This document shows, in pieces, positions 51,752 to 63,456 of a stretch of DNA of 64,000 nucleotides; position 1 is the first letter of the stretch, and each line of letters opens with the position of its first letter. Made by a program: the position numbers and the translations under genes. A model generated the notes under the pieces. That model searched no databases. It saw only the letters and a program-made list of their open reading frames with translations, and had not been told where the DNA came from. Source of the DNA: an uncultured Chthonomonadaceae bacterium (GTDB lineage Bacteria > Armatimonadota > Chthonomonadetes > Chthonomonadales > Chthonomonadaceae); contig CAWFQB010000005.1 in the NCBI GenBank assembly GCA_963817895.1, forward strand, positions 128,001 to 192,000. The letters run 5' to 3'.

Positions 51752-54700
51752 ATGGGTAAACACGCCCTGACGCTTGCGGCGGCATTGCTGCTGCCGATAG
51801 CAGTACCGATACAGGCGCAAACGCCCGCGCCGAAAACCGAAGTGGCGCAGGCTGACGCTGGCGAGTCCGCCAACCACATTGCGGGCTTTACCGCCTGGGA
51901 TGACGACTTTTTCTATATCTCCGTTCAGGTCAACAAGCCTACCGTGAGCGGCAAAAACGCGACGCCGTTTTCCAACCCATTGGAAGACGACGCCGTTATC
52001 ATCGCTTTGCAGACGGACAACGACCATACGGGAACCAAACCTAACGCGCATACCGTGTTCCTCGCGGCAAGCGCGGCGGGCGGGGCGCAATTGTATTCCG
52101 GGCCGAACAAGATTCCACTTTTCAACGGCGTTGCGGACATTCAAAAGCGGCTCGTGGATATAGGGCTGGATAAATCCCTGACCCTGCCGCAGCAGGAAGC
52201 CGCGCGGACAGCCCTGTTCGGGCGCGTTGTCAAGTTTGTCGTGTCGCCCAAAGGCGTGACGCGGGGCAGTGGGGGCGCGGTTCCCGGCTATACCGTCGAA
52301 GCGGCCATTCCCTGGGCCGATTTGGGCGGCAAGCCCAATGCGGAAACGCGCATGGGCTTCAATGTCGTGGCGCAAAGCACCGTGCCGAACAGTCCCGCGA
52401 TTCAAAGCCTGTCTGCCCGCGTGAAAACGCCTCTTGATGTGGACAATCCCTCCCTGTGGGACGAAATTCAACTGCATAATTCTGCCCTGCCGTCCCGTCC
52501 CAATCTGCTGTTCAGCCCGCGCCTTGCCGCCAACAAGCCCGTGATTGATGGCGAAGTGCAGCGGGGCGAGTGGAACAATCTTTCGGGCTTTGTCTTTGGC
52601 AGCACGGCGGCAGCGGATGGAGCGTTCTCCATTCAGCGCACTCTGGACGCGCGTTTGCGCCCCGCCTTTGCCGCCAAACCGCCCCGATTTTCACCCGCCA
52701 TTTTGGACCGCGCCGCGCTGTCGGTTTCCCCTGACGCGCCCGAACACAAGCCGCAGCCCCTTGCTCATCTGGTGATGGCGCGGTATGCGTATCGGTATCA
52801 GGGCGACCCGCGCAAGGCCGCGCCGCTTGTGGGCGTCACCCGCCCCAACGGCAGCACGGCTCTCGCGCATCATCCCCTCGAAGGCGTCGGCCCCTGGCTC
52901 AGTTATGACCGCGCGGACTGGCATCGAGGGCAACTGCGCGAACTGCGCCGTTCGGGTATTGACGTGATTTTGCCGGAGTATCGGGGCGACGCGGCTTCTC
53001 GCAAACAGTACGCCGACAAGGGCCTGCGCGTTCTTGCCAACGCGCTGCAAAATCTGGCGCAAACCAGGGCAGGATTATCCGCAGGTCGGCCTTTATCTGG
53101 ATACCACATCGCTGAATGACGCATTGGGCGCACAGCCGGATTTGAAGCAGGCGACGGCGCAGGCCACTTTGTACGGCATGGTGCGCGACTTTTATCGTAC
53201 GGTTCCCGCCATGTTCCGGGCGCAGGTGACGCTGCAAGCCCCTAGTGGCGGGCGCGTCGCGTATCCCGTATTCTTATCCTCGGCAGGCGCGTGGAAGGAC
53301 CTGGACAGTTCGTTTGTACGAACGCTGCGAACCCGGTTCGCGCAGGACTTCGACGGCGCGGATTTGCTGGTGTTGGGCGGGGGTGACTTCAAAGGCAAGG
53401 CCACTCTGGACGGCTACTTTACCGATACCCGCGACAAGGGCTTTCAGTTTGATAACGGCGGCTGGATTAAAACCGGCAGCGTCGGGGCGGGCTATGACGG
53501 CATACAGGGCGAAAACGCGCCGGGGGAAACCGCGCCCGACGCGCCCTATCTGCCGCGCCGCAACGGCGACACGTACCGCCAGAACTGGAAGGCGGCGCTG
53601 AAGCAGAACCCGGATTGGGTGCTGCTGGATGGCTGGAACGATTATGATGTCGGGGCTGAAATCGCGCCCACATTGGAAGCCGGGTATAGCACAGCCGATA
53701 TTACCCGTGAGTACGTCCGCCAGTATCTCGGCCTGACCAAACGCAACGTGAAATTTCTCGCCCACAACGCGCCCCAAACCATGCTTGCCGGACGCGCGTA
53801 CAACGTGGAACTTCGGGCGCAAAACACGGGAATCGAACCCTGGGGCGGCGCGCTGAATGTTACCGGCAGTCCCGCCGTGCAGTTCACCTACCGCTGGCTG
53901 CGCAACGGCGCGAGTGTGGGCGAGGGGACGGGCGCGACGCTTGCCACGCTCACTCTGCCCAACCAGAACGTCAACAGCGACCTGAGCGTTGCCACTGCCG
54001 CAAACGGCAGCCCGCTTTCTCCCGGCGAGTATACGCTGGAAATCCGGCTGGCCGACGAAACCAAAAAGGGCGTTCCCTCCACTCCTATCGGAACCGAGGC
54101 GGGAACCGCATTGCAAATTCCTGTGACTGTTGTGGACGCAGACACGAAGCCGTCCGTTGTGGACGCGAACGCGAAGCAGGGCGCGCGTACCTCGCCGGGT
54201 TATGAAGCCACATTGCAAATCCCTGCGAATGTTTTCGCCGCCACGCTGATACGCGCCGATGTTCCCCCCTTCATGGAAGCGGGAAGCGTGTATACAGCCA
54301 CTGCCACCCTGCGTAACGATGGCTCGGCGGTGTGGAGCAAAGCCCGCCACGCGCGCGTCACCTACCGCCTGTCCCGGCTTACCGCGCCTGTTACGCCCGA
54401 CGCGGCGACTGTAGAAACGCCCGTACCCAGCGCGGACGCGACGATGGAACTACCGAACGACGTGTTGCCCGGCCAGACCGTCAACGTTCGCGTCACCCTG
54501 CCTCTGCTGGATGCGGACGGCAAGGCATTGCCCGTGTGGACGCCGGATGAAGCCTGGACGTATGCGGGACGTTGGGAAGTGGCGGGGGACTCGGATACGG
54601 TTATCAACGGCGTTTCGGTCGCAGCGGGAACGCGAACTCTGCCCACACCCGTCAGCATCGTGGATTTGGATTTTGGCGCGCGGTTCATTTCGGACGCCAC

Positions 54701-55644
54701 CACGCCCATTCTGCCCGCCGAGCGCCGCCAACCGGTACGCCTGACCGTGCAGAACAACGGCCCGCAAATCTGGAAAAAAGAGCAGGTTCGCATCGGCTAT
54801 CACTGGTACTATCAGGACGGCGCGGAGTACATCTGGGAGGACGAAACCACGCCCATTACGCAGGATGTCGCGCCCGGACAAACGACCGGCGATCTGCTCG
54901 CCTGGGTCACGCCGCCGCCTTATGACGGCACGTATACCCTTGTATGGGATGTAAAAGTGGGGGACACCTGGGCGTCCACCCTTGCGGCCACGCATCCCTC
55001 GGATGAAGCCGTGCATACCATTCAGGTGCGTAACGGGCGGCTCAACTTCATAGACCTGAGCAAAGCCTTCAATCTCGATGGCGTAACGGACGAAGACCCG
55101 GCAGGCGGGGGTGATTTCGACGGGCAGGGCCGCGCGTTTCCCGCCGCGCTTCTGCCGCCGTATGCGACCGGGCCGGTGGTTGCGAGTGGCGCGTGGCTGT
55201 TTTCCGAAAAAACCGGGCCGGACTCGTCGCGGCGCATCAGCTTCAAGTGGGGCGACAAGGACGGCAAAAGCAAGAACTTCATCGCCTGCAAGGGGCAGCG
55301 CGTGGAACTGGGCAAAGCCAACGGCACGGTTCGCATCCTGCACATTCTGGCGGCAAGCACGGGCAAGGATGTGGTTTCCAGCCTGAAACTGATTTTTCAG
55401 GAACCAACCATGCAGTCGGAAGACCTGTATACCATTGCCGCCAGCCGATGGGATCAGCCGCCGCATCATGGCGAGGAGATCGCGTTCCTGTCCCGCCGCG
55501 TTTCCACCACCAAAGGCAGCCAGAACAGCGCGGTGGCCCTGTTCCACTACGCGATTAAGAATCAAGGAGCCGCGCAACCTTGTATCCATCCAACTGCCCA
55601 ATGCGCCCGACCTGAAAATCGCCGCCATCACGCTGGAAAAATAA
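51752..55644 (+). CDS. Large secreted multidomain carbohydrate-active protein (CBM9-like, GH99/DUF5010-like, Ig-like repeats), two frameshifts
   Basis: Signal peptide; AWDDDFFY..GYTVEAAIPW; GIDVILP, WVLLDGWNDY..EIAP; three NxG..W / YxW Ig-like modules; ORFs 51752-53119, 53034-55937 and 55435-55644. Confidence 0.55.
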
Positions 55645-55714
55645 CGTTTCTTGATATGAGGATAACATGTCGCGCCGACGAGCTTTTGCTTGTCGGCGCG
55701 ATTTATATTAGTGT

Positions 55715-56866
55715 TTACTTTGTCATAGGAAAAAGGCTGAGGGCAATATCGGCGGTACGCAACGCTTTTTGGGCAAGCGCGTCGGCATGGATTTGCAGCG
55801 CGGCGGAACGGGCGGGACGGTCGGACAATTGGGCGGCAACGCGAACCGCAATGTCTTCGGGATCGAATTGGTTCCAATCCGCAAGCGCATCCGGCAGGCC
55901 GAGCAGGTTCATCAGGTTTTCCACTTTGGGGTCGTAGGACAGGGCGAACGGGAGTACGGACATGCGGGCGGCGAAAATCAGGGCATGAAGGCGCATGGCG
56001 ACAACTGCCTGCATCCGCCCGATGAGGCCGAGCAGAACATCCGGCGCGTAAATGTTTTTGACGACGGGAAAGGCTTCGGCGTTACCCGTTCGCTCCGCCA
56101 CTTCGCAGGCGAATGTCACATCATCCGCAGAGTGCATTGGCAGCAGAACGATTTGCGCCCCGGTTCGCGTGTGAAGAAGGGTGAGCAGGCGGGCGTATTT
56201 GTCTATGGGCGACGGCCCGCTGCCATGCCACGGACGCAGGGCAACCGCTATCAGGGGCGATTGCGCGGAAATGCCTTCCGCGCGGCACAATGCGTCAATT
56301 TTGTCTTCAGAGGCGGGCGCAAGGGCAAACGCGGGATCGGCGGTGATTTCCAGATTGGGGTTCGTAACGCCAATGGCTTGAAGCAATTGCGCGGAGGGGT
56401 CGTCGCGAACCGTCAAATACGCCGCCCGGTTGGCGACCTGCCGAACGAGCAGGCGCGACATTTTGCGTTTCAGCGGCCCCATGCCCTGCGCGTAAAACAT
56501 CACGGGCTTACCGACTTGAAAGGCCAGCCGCGCAATCCACAGATAGTACAGCAGTGACCGCGCGCTCGTCGTGTCTTGCAGCAGACTGCCCCCGCCCGAA
56601 ATCAGCAAATCGCTTTGCTTCAATGTTGTCCGAACCTGCGCCATGTCCATGCGATAGACTGCCTCCAGTCCATGCAGTTCGGTTGTGGCGGACGGGTTTT
56701 GCGACAGAACGGTGAGTGTGACGCGACTGCCCGCCTGCCGCGCGAACGAGGCCGCCATGCCCGCCAGTACCGCCTCATCCCCCGCGTTCCCGCAGCCATA
56801 GTAGCCCGATACGGCGAAATGCAGAGGGGGAGAAGAGGAGAAGGGGAGAAGAGGAGAAACGGCCAT
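55715..56866 (-). CDS. csaB: Polysaccharide pyruvyl transferase CsaB
   Basis: SGYYGCGNAGDEAVL, SGGGSLLQDTTS.RSLLYY, AQGMGPL, VRD, ADPAF, MRLHALI, SYDPKV. Confidence 0.92.
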   Translation of the reverse strand: MAVSPLLPFSSSPPLHFAVSGYYGCGNAGDEAVLAGMAASFARQAGSRVTLTVLSQNPSATTELHGLEAVYRMDMAQVRTTLKQSDLLISGGGSLLQDTTSARSLLYYLWIARLAFQVGKPVMFYAQGMGPLKRKMSRLLVRQVANRAAYLTVRDDPSAQLLQAIGVTNPNLEITADPAFALAPASEDKIDALCRAEGISAQSPLIAVALRPWHGSGPSPIDKYARLLTLLHTRTGAQIVLLPMHSADDVTFACEVAERTGNAEAFPVVKNIYAPDVLLGLIGRMQAVVAMRLHALIFAARMSVLPFALSYDPKVENLMNLLGLPDALADWNQFDPEDIAVRVAAQLSDRPARSAALQIHADALAQKALRTADIALSLFPMTK

Positions 56867-56868
56867 AT

Positions 56869-59112
56869 TCAATCTCCCTCTCTCCCTCTCTCCCTCTCTG
56901 GAACAGGCAATATCCATTCTCCGAGCAGAAACAGGCCCGCCCCCATGCCCATACCGAGCAGCAGGCCCAATACGCCGTGCCAGATTGAGATTATGAGCGG
57001 CGTGTGGATGTGGCAGAAGGTGTTGAGCAGGGAGGCTTGCCCGATACTGCCGACCACGAACGCGGGAAGCGCCAGCTTGCGACGCCCGCGCCACCACCAC
57101 GCAATCGCCAGAATAAACGCGGGGTGGCCGAGCAGAAACTCTTTGGTGCGGGGGCGAACCGGGAAAACGTGATCCATCAGGTTGCGCAGTTTCATTTCCG
57201 GCCCGGACGCGCCCACGCCCGAAATCGTTGCCCGTTCGCGCCACAATCAGCAGGAATACGACCAGCGCCACCAGTCCGACCACCAGCAGGCCAAAACGGG
57301 CGGGTTCGTCGGCAATCCGGCGCAAATGCGTTTCGGCGCGTCGTTTCCAGCCATTCCAGGTTTCGCCCGGCTTGTCCCATGCCGCCGATCAGCGCGACAA
57401 AGGCCACCACCAGACAGCGGAACCGCGTGCTGCGCTTTGATGCCTAAAAATTGGTTGGCGCGGAGCATGAACGGGCGCGTTGCCAGCAGGCCGATGACGT
57501 GCAGGATGCCCACGCCCGTAATCGCGCTTGCCGTGCCGAGTGGCTATGGCGGCGCGGCGCAGGCAGGCGCGGGTGTTGCTGACAAAGGGAGTGGCCCGGT
57601 CTTCCTCGCGCGGAAACGTATGCAGGCAGGCGACGGTAGGGAACGCAATTCCCGCAAACAACGCCACGAACTTGCGCCCCGTTTCTCCACCCAAAGCCGC
57701 CAGCAACGCGCAGACAAGCGGCAATCCAAGCAGCAGCAGGCGTTGTTTGCGCGGGGGAAGTGGACACAATTGTGGACACAGTTCCCGCAGCATCCACACA
57801 ATTCCCGCGCCCGTTCCCAGACCGAGCAGCAGAAACAGGACATGAAGCGTCAGGCTTCCGCCCGTTTCACCGTAACGTAGGGCGGGAGCCAACTGGTAGC
57901 CGCCACCAAGCAGCGAATTGCCATGCGCAATGCCGCGCGCAATGTCCCCCACAAAGTTCAGGTCTTTTTGCAGCGTGGTTTCTTCCGGCGCGGAACCGCC
58001 CGCCAGGGGAAGCAGGCGCACATAGCAGAAGCGGATGTTGCGTTCCCGGGCCGCGCGCACAAAGCGGTCTACGATTTCGCTCCGCTCCAACTGCCCCATT
58101 TCCGTTGTCTGGATGGCGTGAACGCGAATCACGTCGCCATGCAATGCGCTGATAATGGTTTCGTCGCCCTTTTGCTTGCCGAATTCAACCGCGCCGTATA
58201 CCAGTCCGGTTGGCGGTTTCAGAGGTTCGGGCGCAGATTCGCCGGGTTTGACTTCGGTTACAGGCGCGGTGGTTTCCGGCTTTACGTCAGCAGGATTGCG
58301 GAACATGGAGGCGACAACGGTTTCCAACCCGAGATGCCCAAGCGCCTCATCGCCATTAAAAATAACCAGTTTCACGCCCTGATCGCGCAAACGCTTCAAA
58401 ACGTTTTCCGCGCTGTCGGGCGTGACGCCGGGAAAATTGCCGATGCGCCCGACAACCTGCAAATGCGCGTTTCGAACCTGCTTGACCACATCCCGCGACA
58501 ACCCCAACCCCAAACTGCGCAGGTTCGTATACTCGTAATTAACCGCAAATGCCTGATTGCTCAAAGTCGGGACAGCGGCAGCAAGGACGCCGGAACTCCA
58601 GCAGGAGCGCGGCGTTGAGGTGTCGAGGAGGGGCCACCGTTTGGTTCGCGTAAATATCGCTTGTAACTGTGGCACATCAAATACCGTGCCGCCATTCGTT
58701 TGCGCGTGTTTGCGCGATGGGCGTAGTCGGAATTTTACGAGCCGCCAGTGCTTCGCGGATTCGATCCAGCGTTTCGGGCGTATCCAGCCGAACGTAGGTG
58801 TAGTACGCGCCGTTCGGCTGCATAATTCGCGTGGCGTGAGCCTGCTCGGTCGGTTCCAAGGACGCCAGCAAATCTTCGCTGACAATGATGGACGTGACGC
58901 CCTGATCCTTGAAATTTTTGTAGAACAATTTCAATCGGCTGTTGACTGACCTGCGCCAGTCGGGACACTTCTTCGTATTCCAGCCCGATCTCCACGCTCT
59001 TGTTACGCGCTTCCACGCTCACCCGCTTACCCGCGCCGAACAATCCGGCCAGCGTCCCCAACGCCAGCAACACCAGCACTACCTGCCACACACCGGGCGA
59101 ACCTTTTTGCAT
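56869..59112 (-). CDS. DUF5693-family membrane protein, multiple frameshifts
   Basis: RVSVEARNKSVEI, RAARERNIR, FLGIK, RPRTKEFLLGHP, IGQASLLNTFCHIHTP; directly upstream of csaB. Confidence 0.75.
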
Positions 59113-59202
59113 GAAAATTCCTTGCCAGGGAGTAGGAAGTAGGGAGTAGGTTGGTTCAATACAGCCTTGACCTAATCCCTACCCTCTACTTCCTACTCCC
59201 TA

Positions 59203-60171
59203 CTATGTAATCGCCTGTTCCGCATTGCGCGCGTCGGGATCGTCGGCGATGCGGATGCGGTTTAATATTTCGGTTGCGCCCGCGTTTCGCAGCCGGGTCG
59301 CCAATTCGCGGCCTGCGGTTTCGGGCGAAAAATCCGGCGCGTTCAGCGGGTGGGTGAATTCCTGAATCACCGCGTCGCGCCCGTCCAGCGACGTGACCTG
59401 CGCCCGCAACAACAATGCGCCGTTTTGGACAAGGCCATACGCGCCGACGGGAACGCTGCACCCACCGTGCAGTTCGTTGAGCAGGGCGCGTTCCGCCCGA
59501 ATGGCAAGGTTGGAAGGGGGATCGTCAAGCGCGGACAGATACGCTTTGAGTTCCGCATCGTCGGCGCGAATTTCCAATCCCAATGCGCCCTGTGACGGCG
59601 AGGGGGGGAATTGCTCCAGACTTAAGGTTTCCGTGATGTGTTGCGCGTAGCCCAATCTGCGCAATCCGGCAGCGGCCAGCAGCACGGCGTCCAGTTTGTC
59701 GCTCCCTTTCAAACGCTGTAAGCGAGTTGGAACGTTCCCGCGCAGGGGTACGATTTCCAGATCGGGGCGCAGGTGCAGCAATTGCGCCTGTCGGCGCGGC
59801 GACCCCGTTCCCACCCGCGCGCCCGGTTTCAAGTCCATCAATCTCGCGCCGCACAGCGCATCGCGCAGGTCCTCTCGAACGGGAACCGCGCCCAAAATAA
59901 GGCCGTCCGGCAGGGTTGTGGGCACGTCCTTGAGCGAGTGAACGGCAAGGTCAATCGCGCTGTCGAACAGTTCCCATTCCAGTTCTTTGGTGAACACGCC
60001 CGTCGCGCCCAAATGCCGCAGACTGGTCACGCGGTCTCGGTCGCCCTGCGTGGACACGATACGCAGCCGTACTTCAAGGCCGGGATGCGCCTGCCGCAAA
60101 AGTTCCGCAATGCCCTGCGCCTGCGTCCGCGCAAGCTGACTGGCGCGGGAACCGATAACAATCGTCCGCAT
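59203..60171 (-). CDS. hemC: Hydroxymethylbilane synthase
   Basis: IGSRASQLA, FTKELE, AVHSLKD, RGNVPTRL, LAAAGL.RL, GGCSVP. Confidence 0.95.
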   Translation of the reverse strand: MRTIVIGSRASQLARTQAQGIAELLRQAHPGLEVRLRIVSTQGDRDRVTSLRHLGATGVFTKELEWELFDSAIDLAVHSLKDVPTTLPDGLILGAVPVREDLRDALCGARLMDLKPGARVGTGSPRRQAQLLHLRPDLEIVPLRGNVPTRLQRLKGSDKLDAVLLAAAGLRRLGYAQHITETLSLEQFPPSPSQGALGLEIRADDAELKAYLSALDDPPSNLAIRAERALLNELHGGCSVPVGAYGLVQNGALLLRAQVTSLDGRDAVIQEFTHPLNAPDFSPETAGRELATRLRNAGATEILNRIRIADDPDARNAEQAIT

Positions 60172-60272
60172 ATAATCGCTCCAAGACCCTGCAAAATGGT
60201 TGAAATGAAAAACCTGTGAGATTGTGACACGAAATCGGACGCGGAATCAAGACAGGGTTACAGGGCAGGATA

Positions 60273-61169
60273 TTAAAGCGGGGTATCAACCGGCAGGGCG
60301 CGTCCAAGTTTTGCGGCGAGAAAGCGTGAAGCGGCAACTACTTTTTCCAGATTAACGCCCGTTTCAATTCCCATGTCGCGCAGCAAAACAAGCAGGCTTT
60401 CGGTTGCCAGATTGCCCGCCGCTCCGGGCGCGAACGGACAGCCGCCCACGCCGCCCACCGCCGCATCGAAGTTTGTCACGCCGTGTTGCAGCGCGATTTT
60501 CACGTTGTCGAGCGCGTGTCCCCGCGTGTCGTGAAAGTGGCAGACGGTTTGCGGCAGGGGTAGAACCGGGTTCAGGGCTTCCAGCAATCGGGCTACCTGT
60601 TCGGGCGTGGCGTGGCCGATGGTGTCGCCGAGTGAAATTTCGTCTACGCCCATTGCCAGCAGTTCTCGCGCAACCGGCAACACCTGTGAGGGCGAAATAT
60701 TGCCCTCGAATGGACACACCCATGCTGTAGAAATATAGGCGCGTACCCAAAGCCCATGTTCCCGCGCAAGCGGCATCAGCGCGCGAAAGTTGTCCAGCGA
60801 ACCCGCAATACTTGTGCCGATGTTGCGTTGTGTGAATGTTTCACTGGCAGCCGTAAACAGCGCAATCGCCTTTACTCCCGCCCCAATCGCCCGTTCCAGC
60901 CCCTTCGCGTTCGGCACAAGCGCGGAGTAGCGTACATTGGGCCGAGGCGAAAAATGAGCAAAAACTTCGCTCGCATCGGCAAGCTGCGGCAGGCGTACAG
61001 GATTAACAAACGATGAAACCTCAATATCCGCAAACCCCGCTTCCGCCAGCAGTTCAATAAACGCGACTTTATCCTCCGTAGAAAGGATAACCGCCTCGTT
61101 TTGCAGTCCATCGCGCGGCCCCACTTCCACCACGCGAACGCGCTCCTGAATACCTGACCCCTTGAACAC
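60273..61169 (-). CDS. Hydroxymethylglutaryl-CoA lyase
   Basis: EVGPRDGLQNE, SLGDTIG, HFHDTRG, GGCPFAPGAAGNLATE. Confidence 0.93.
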   Translation of the reverse strand: MFKGSGIQERVRVVEVGPRDGLQNEAVILSTEDKVAFIELLAEAGFADIEVSSFVNPVRLPQLADASEVFAHFSPRPNVRYSALVPNAKGLERAIGAGVKAIALFTAASETFTQRNIGTSIAGSLDNFRALMPLAREHGLWVRAYISTAWVCPFEGNISPSQVLPVARELLAMGVDEISLGDTIGHATPEQVARLLEALNPVLPLPQTVCHFHDTRGHALDNVKIALQHGVTNFDAAVGGVGGCPFAPGAAGNLATESLLVLLRDMGIETGVNLEKVVAASRFLAAKLGRALPVDTPL

Positions 61170-61195
61170 CTGAACACCGCCCTTCCCATTCGCGT

Positions 61196-61765
61196 TTATT
61201 CGCGTTCATTCGCGGCTAAAACGTCTTTGTCTACGGTATCCGGCGTGATTTCCACAACCGCCGCGCCATGCGCGATTTGCTGCTTCTTTTGAACCGTTAA
61301 AGCAGTGACGGTTCCGGCAAACGGCGCTTCCAGCGTGGTCATTACCTTCATCGCTTCCAATACCACGAGCGGCTGACGCGCTTCTACCGTCTGCCCCACC
61401 GTCACCAGTACATCCGCGACAACCCCGGACATGGGCGCGGTCAATGCGCCACTTGCCGCAGTCGCTTTTCGTTCCGGCGCGCGAACGGTTGGCGTATGAA
61501 ACGTGTAGGCCATGCCTTCAAACGCGAACGCGACTCCTTCAGTTGAACGCGCGAACGGGATGCGGAAAACGCGCTCCCCAACCGTTGCGGTTTCGGCATC
61601 CGTCTGCGTCACCTCCGTTGCAGAAATCTGTAAAACGTCCTCCACGCGCCGCGCCGCCGTAAACCGGTGTTCGGAACCGTCGGGCAATCGAACCCGCCAG
61701 CCGTCACCATCCGGTTCCACGTTCAGGGTAACTAATTCCTCGCCATACTTCTTTTGAATCTGCAT
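61196..61765 (-). CDS. Biotin carboxyl carrier subunit (BT + biotinyl domain) of acyl-CoA carboxylase
   Basis: LTAPMSG, VLEAMKV biotinylation motif. Confidence 0.85.
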   Translation of the reverse strand: MQIQKKYGEELVTLNVEPDGDGWRVRLPDGSEHRFTAARRVEDVLQISATEVTQTDAETATVGERVFRIPFARSTEGVAFAFEGMAYTFHTPTVRAPERKATAASGALTAPMSGVVADVLVTVGQTVEARQPLVVLEAMKVMTTLEAPFAGTVTALTVQKKQQIAHGAAVVEITPDTVDKDVLAANERE

Positions 61766-61770
61766 GTTTG

Positions 61771-61832
61771 CCCTTGTGAGAAGAGGGCGCAGCCCCTTGT
61801 GAGAAGAGGGCGCAGCAAGCAGCGCCCCTACC
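61771..61832. repeat. GTAG-type REP palindrome with a 23-bp tandem duplication
   Basis: (ccttgtgagaagagggcgcagc)x2; reverse strand gtaggggcgctgcttgctgcgccc. Confidence 0.65.
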
Positions 61833-61839
61833 AACATTT

Positions 61840-63343
61840 CTACACATTCCGCCACGAACCTGATTGCCGCCAGAAAGTTGCAGGTGAAGGTTCGTTATTC
61901 CGTATTCCGTATTCCGTATTCCTTGTTGTCGTGACCGCTTCCGCTGCCAGCGCCAGTAGAACTTCGGTTGGAATAGGGTTTGAAGGTTTCCAATCGGTGA
62001 AATGGTCGCGCAGAAACTGCGTGGATAAATCGCCCGCCTGAAACGCCGGATGCCGAATAATCGCCAGCAGATACGCGATATTGGTTTGTACGCCCAATAC
62101 GGCAAACCGCTTCAATGCCTGCTCCATGCGGGCAAGGGATTCTTCCCGCGTCGCGCCGGACACAATCAGCTTTGCCAGCATCGGGTCGTAATACGGGGAA
62201 ACACTACTGCCGCGTTCCACGCCCGCATCCACGCGAATTCCCGGCCCGTTCGGTTCCTGCCACTGCGCCAACGCGCCGACGGAGGGCAGAAATCCCGCTG
62301 CGGCGTCTTCGGCATAAATCCGCGCTTCAAGGGCGTGGCCGGAGATACGTAACTCCTCCTGCGCGAACGGCAGGGGTTTGCCGTCCGCGATTTGCAGTTG
62401 CAGGCGTACCAAATCCAGACCCGTAATCGCTTCCGTGACGGGATGCTCCACCTGTAGGCGCGTGTTCACTTCCAGAAAATAAAAGGCGGACTTCTCCATC
62501 CGGGCGCGTTTCCAGCAGGAATTCCACCGTGCCGGCATTGACGTACCCTGCCGCGCGTCCCGCCGTTGTTGCCGCCTCGGTCATTCGCGCCCGCAGTTCC
62601 GGCGTTAAAACCGGGGAGGGACTCTCTTCCAGTATTTTCTGGTGGCGGCGCTGAATGGAACACTCGCGCTCGAACAAATGGACGACATTGCCCTGCGCGT
62701 CCCCGAAAATCTGCACCTCAATGTGGCGCGGACGGGCCACATACCGTTCCAGCAGCAGGCGATCATCCCCGAAAGCCGCCTGCGCTTCCCGCCGCGCCTC
62801 GTCAATCGCGTCCGCCAACTGCTCCCGCCGCGTAACCACTCTCATGCCGCGCCCGCCGCCGCCGCCCGCCGCTTTCACCAGCAGGGGCAGTTCCATTTGC
62901 CCCGCCTCGGCCTGTAAACGCGCGTCGCTCTGCTCGTCGCCATTATAGCCGGGAACAACCGGAACGCCCGCTTTCCGCATCAACTGTTTCGCCGCGATCT
63001 TATCGCCCAGCAGCCGTATCACACCCGACGGCGGCCCCACAAATACCAACCCGGCTTTTTCACAGGCAAGGGCAAAATCCGCGTTTTCCGACAGAAACCC
63101 GTAACCCGGATGAACCGCGTCCGCCCGCATCCGCTTCGCCGCGTCCAGCAGGTTCGGGATGTTCAAATAACTGTCCCGCGCCGGGGCCGCGCCAATACAG
63201 TACGCTTCTTCCGCCAACCCGACATGCAGCGCATGGCGATCCGCTTCCGAATACGCGGCAAGGGGCGTAACGCCCGTTTCCCGGCAGGCGCGAATGATAC
63301 GAACGGCGATTTCGCCGCGATTGGCAATGAGTAGACGGTTCAT
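61840..63343 (-). CDS. Biotin carboxylase subunit (methylcrotonoyl-CoA carboxylase alpha-like), frameshift near 62495
   Basis: LIANRGEIA, HPGYGFLSEN, KAAGGGGGRGM, ERECSIQRRHQK, EVNTRLQVEHPVTE, YYDPMLAKL. Confidence 0.9.
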
Positions 63344-63344
63344 G

Positions 63345-63456
63345 GTTAGGTTGTCAGGTTGTTAGGTTGTCAGGTTGTCAGGTTGTCAGGTTGTAGTGAA
63401 CACCAGAAAGCCTATTCCTGATGACCTAACAACTAACAACCTGACAACCTAACAAC
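63345..63456. repeat. Inverted octamer (ggttgtya) tandem-repeat hairpin
   Basis: (ggttgtya)n ... acctaacaactaacaacctgacaacctaacaact. Confidence 0.8.
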
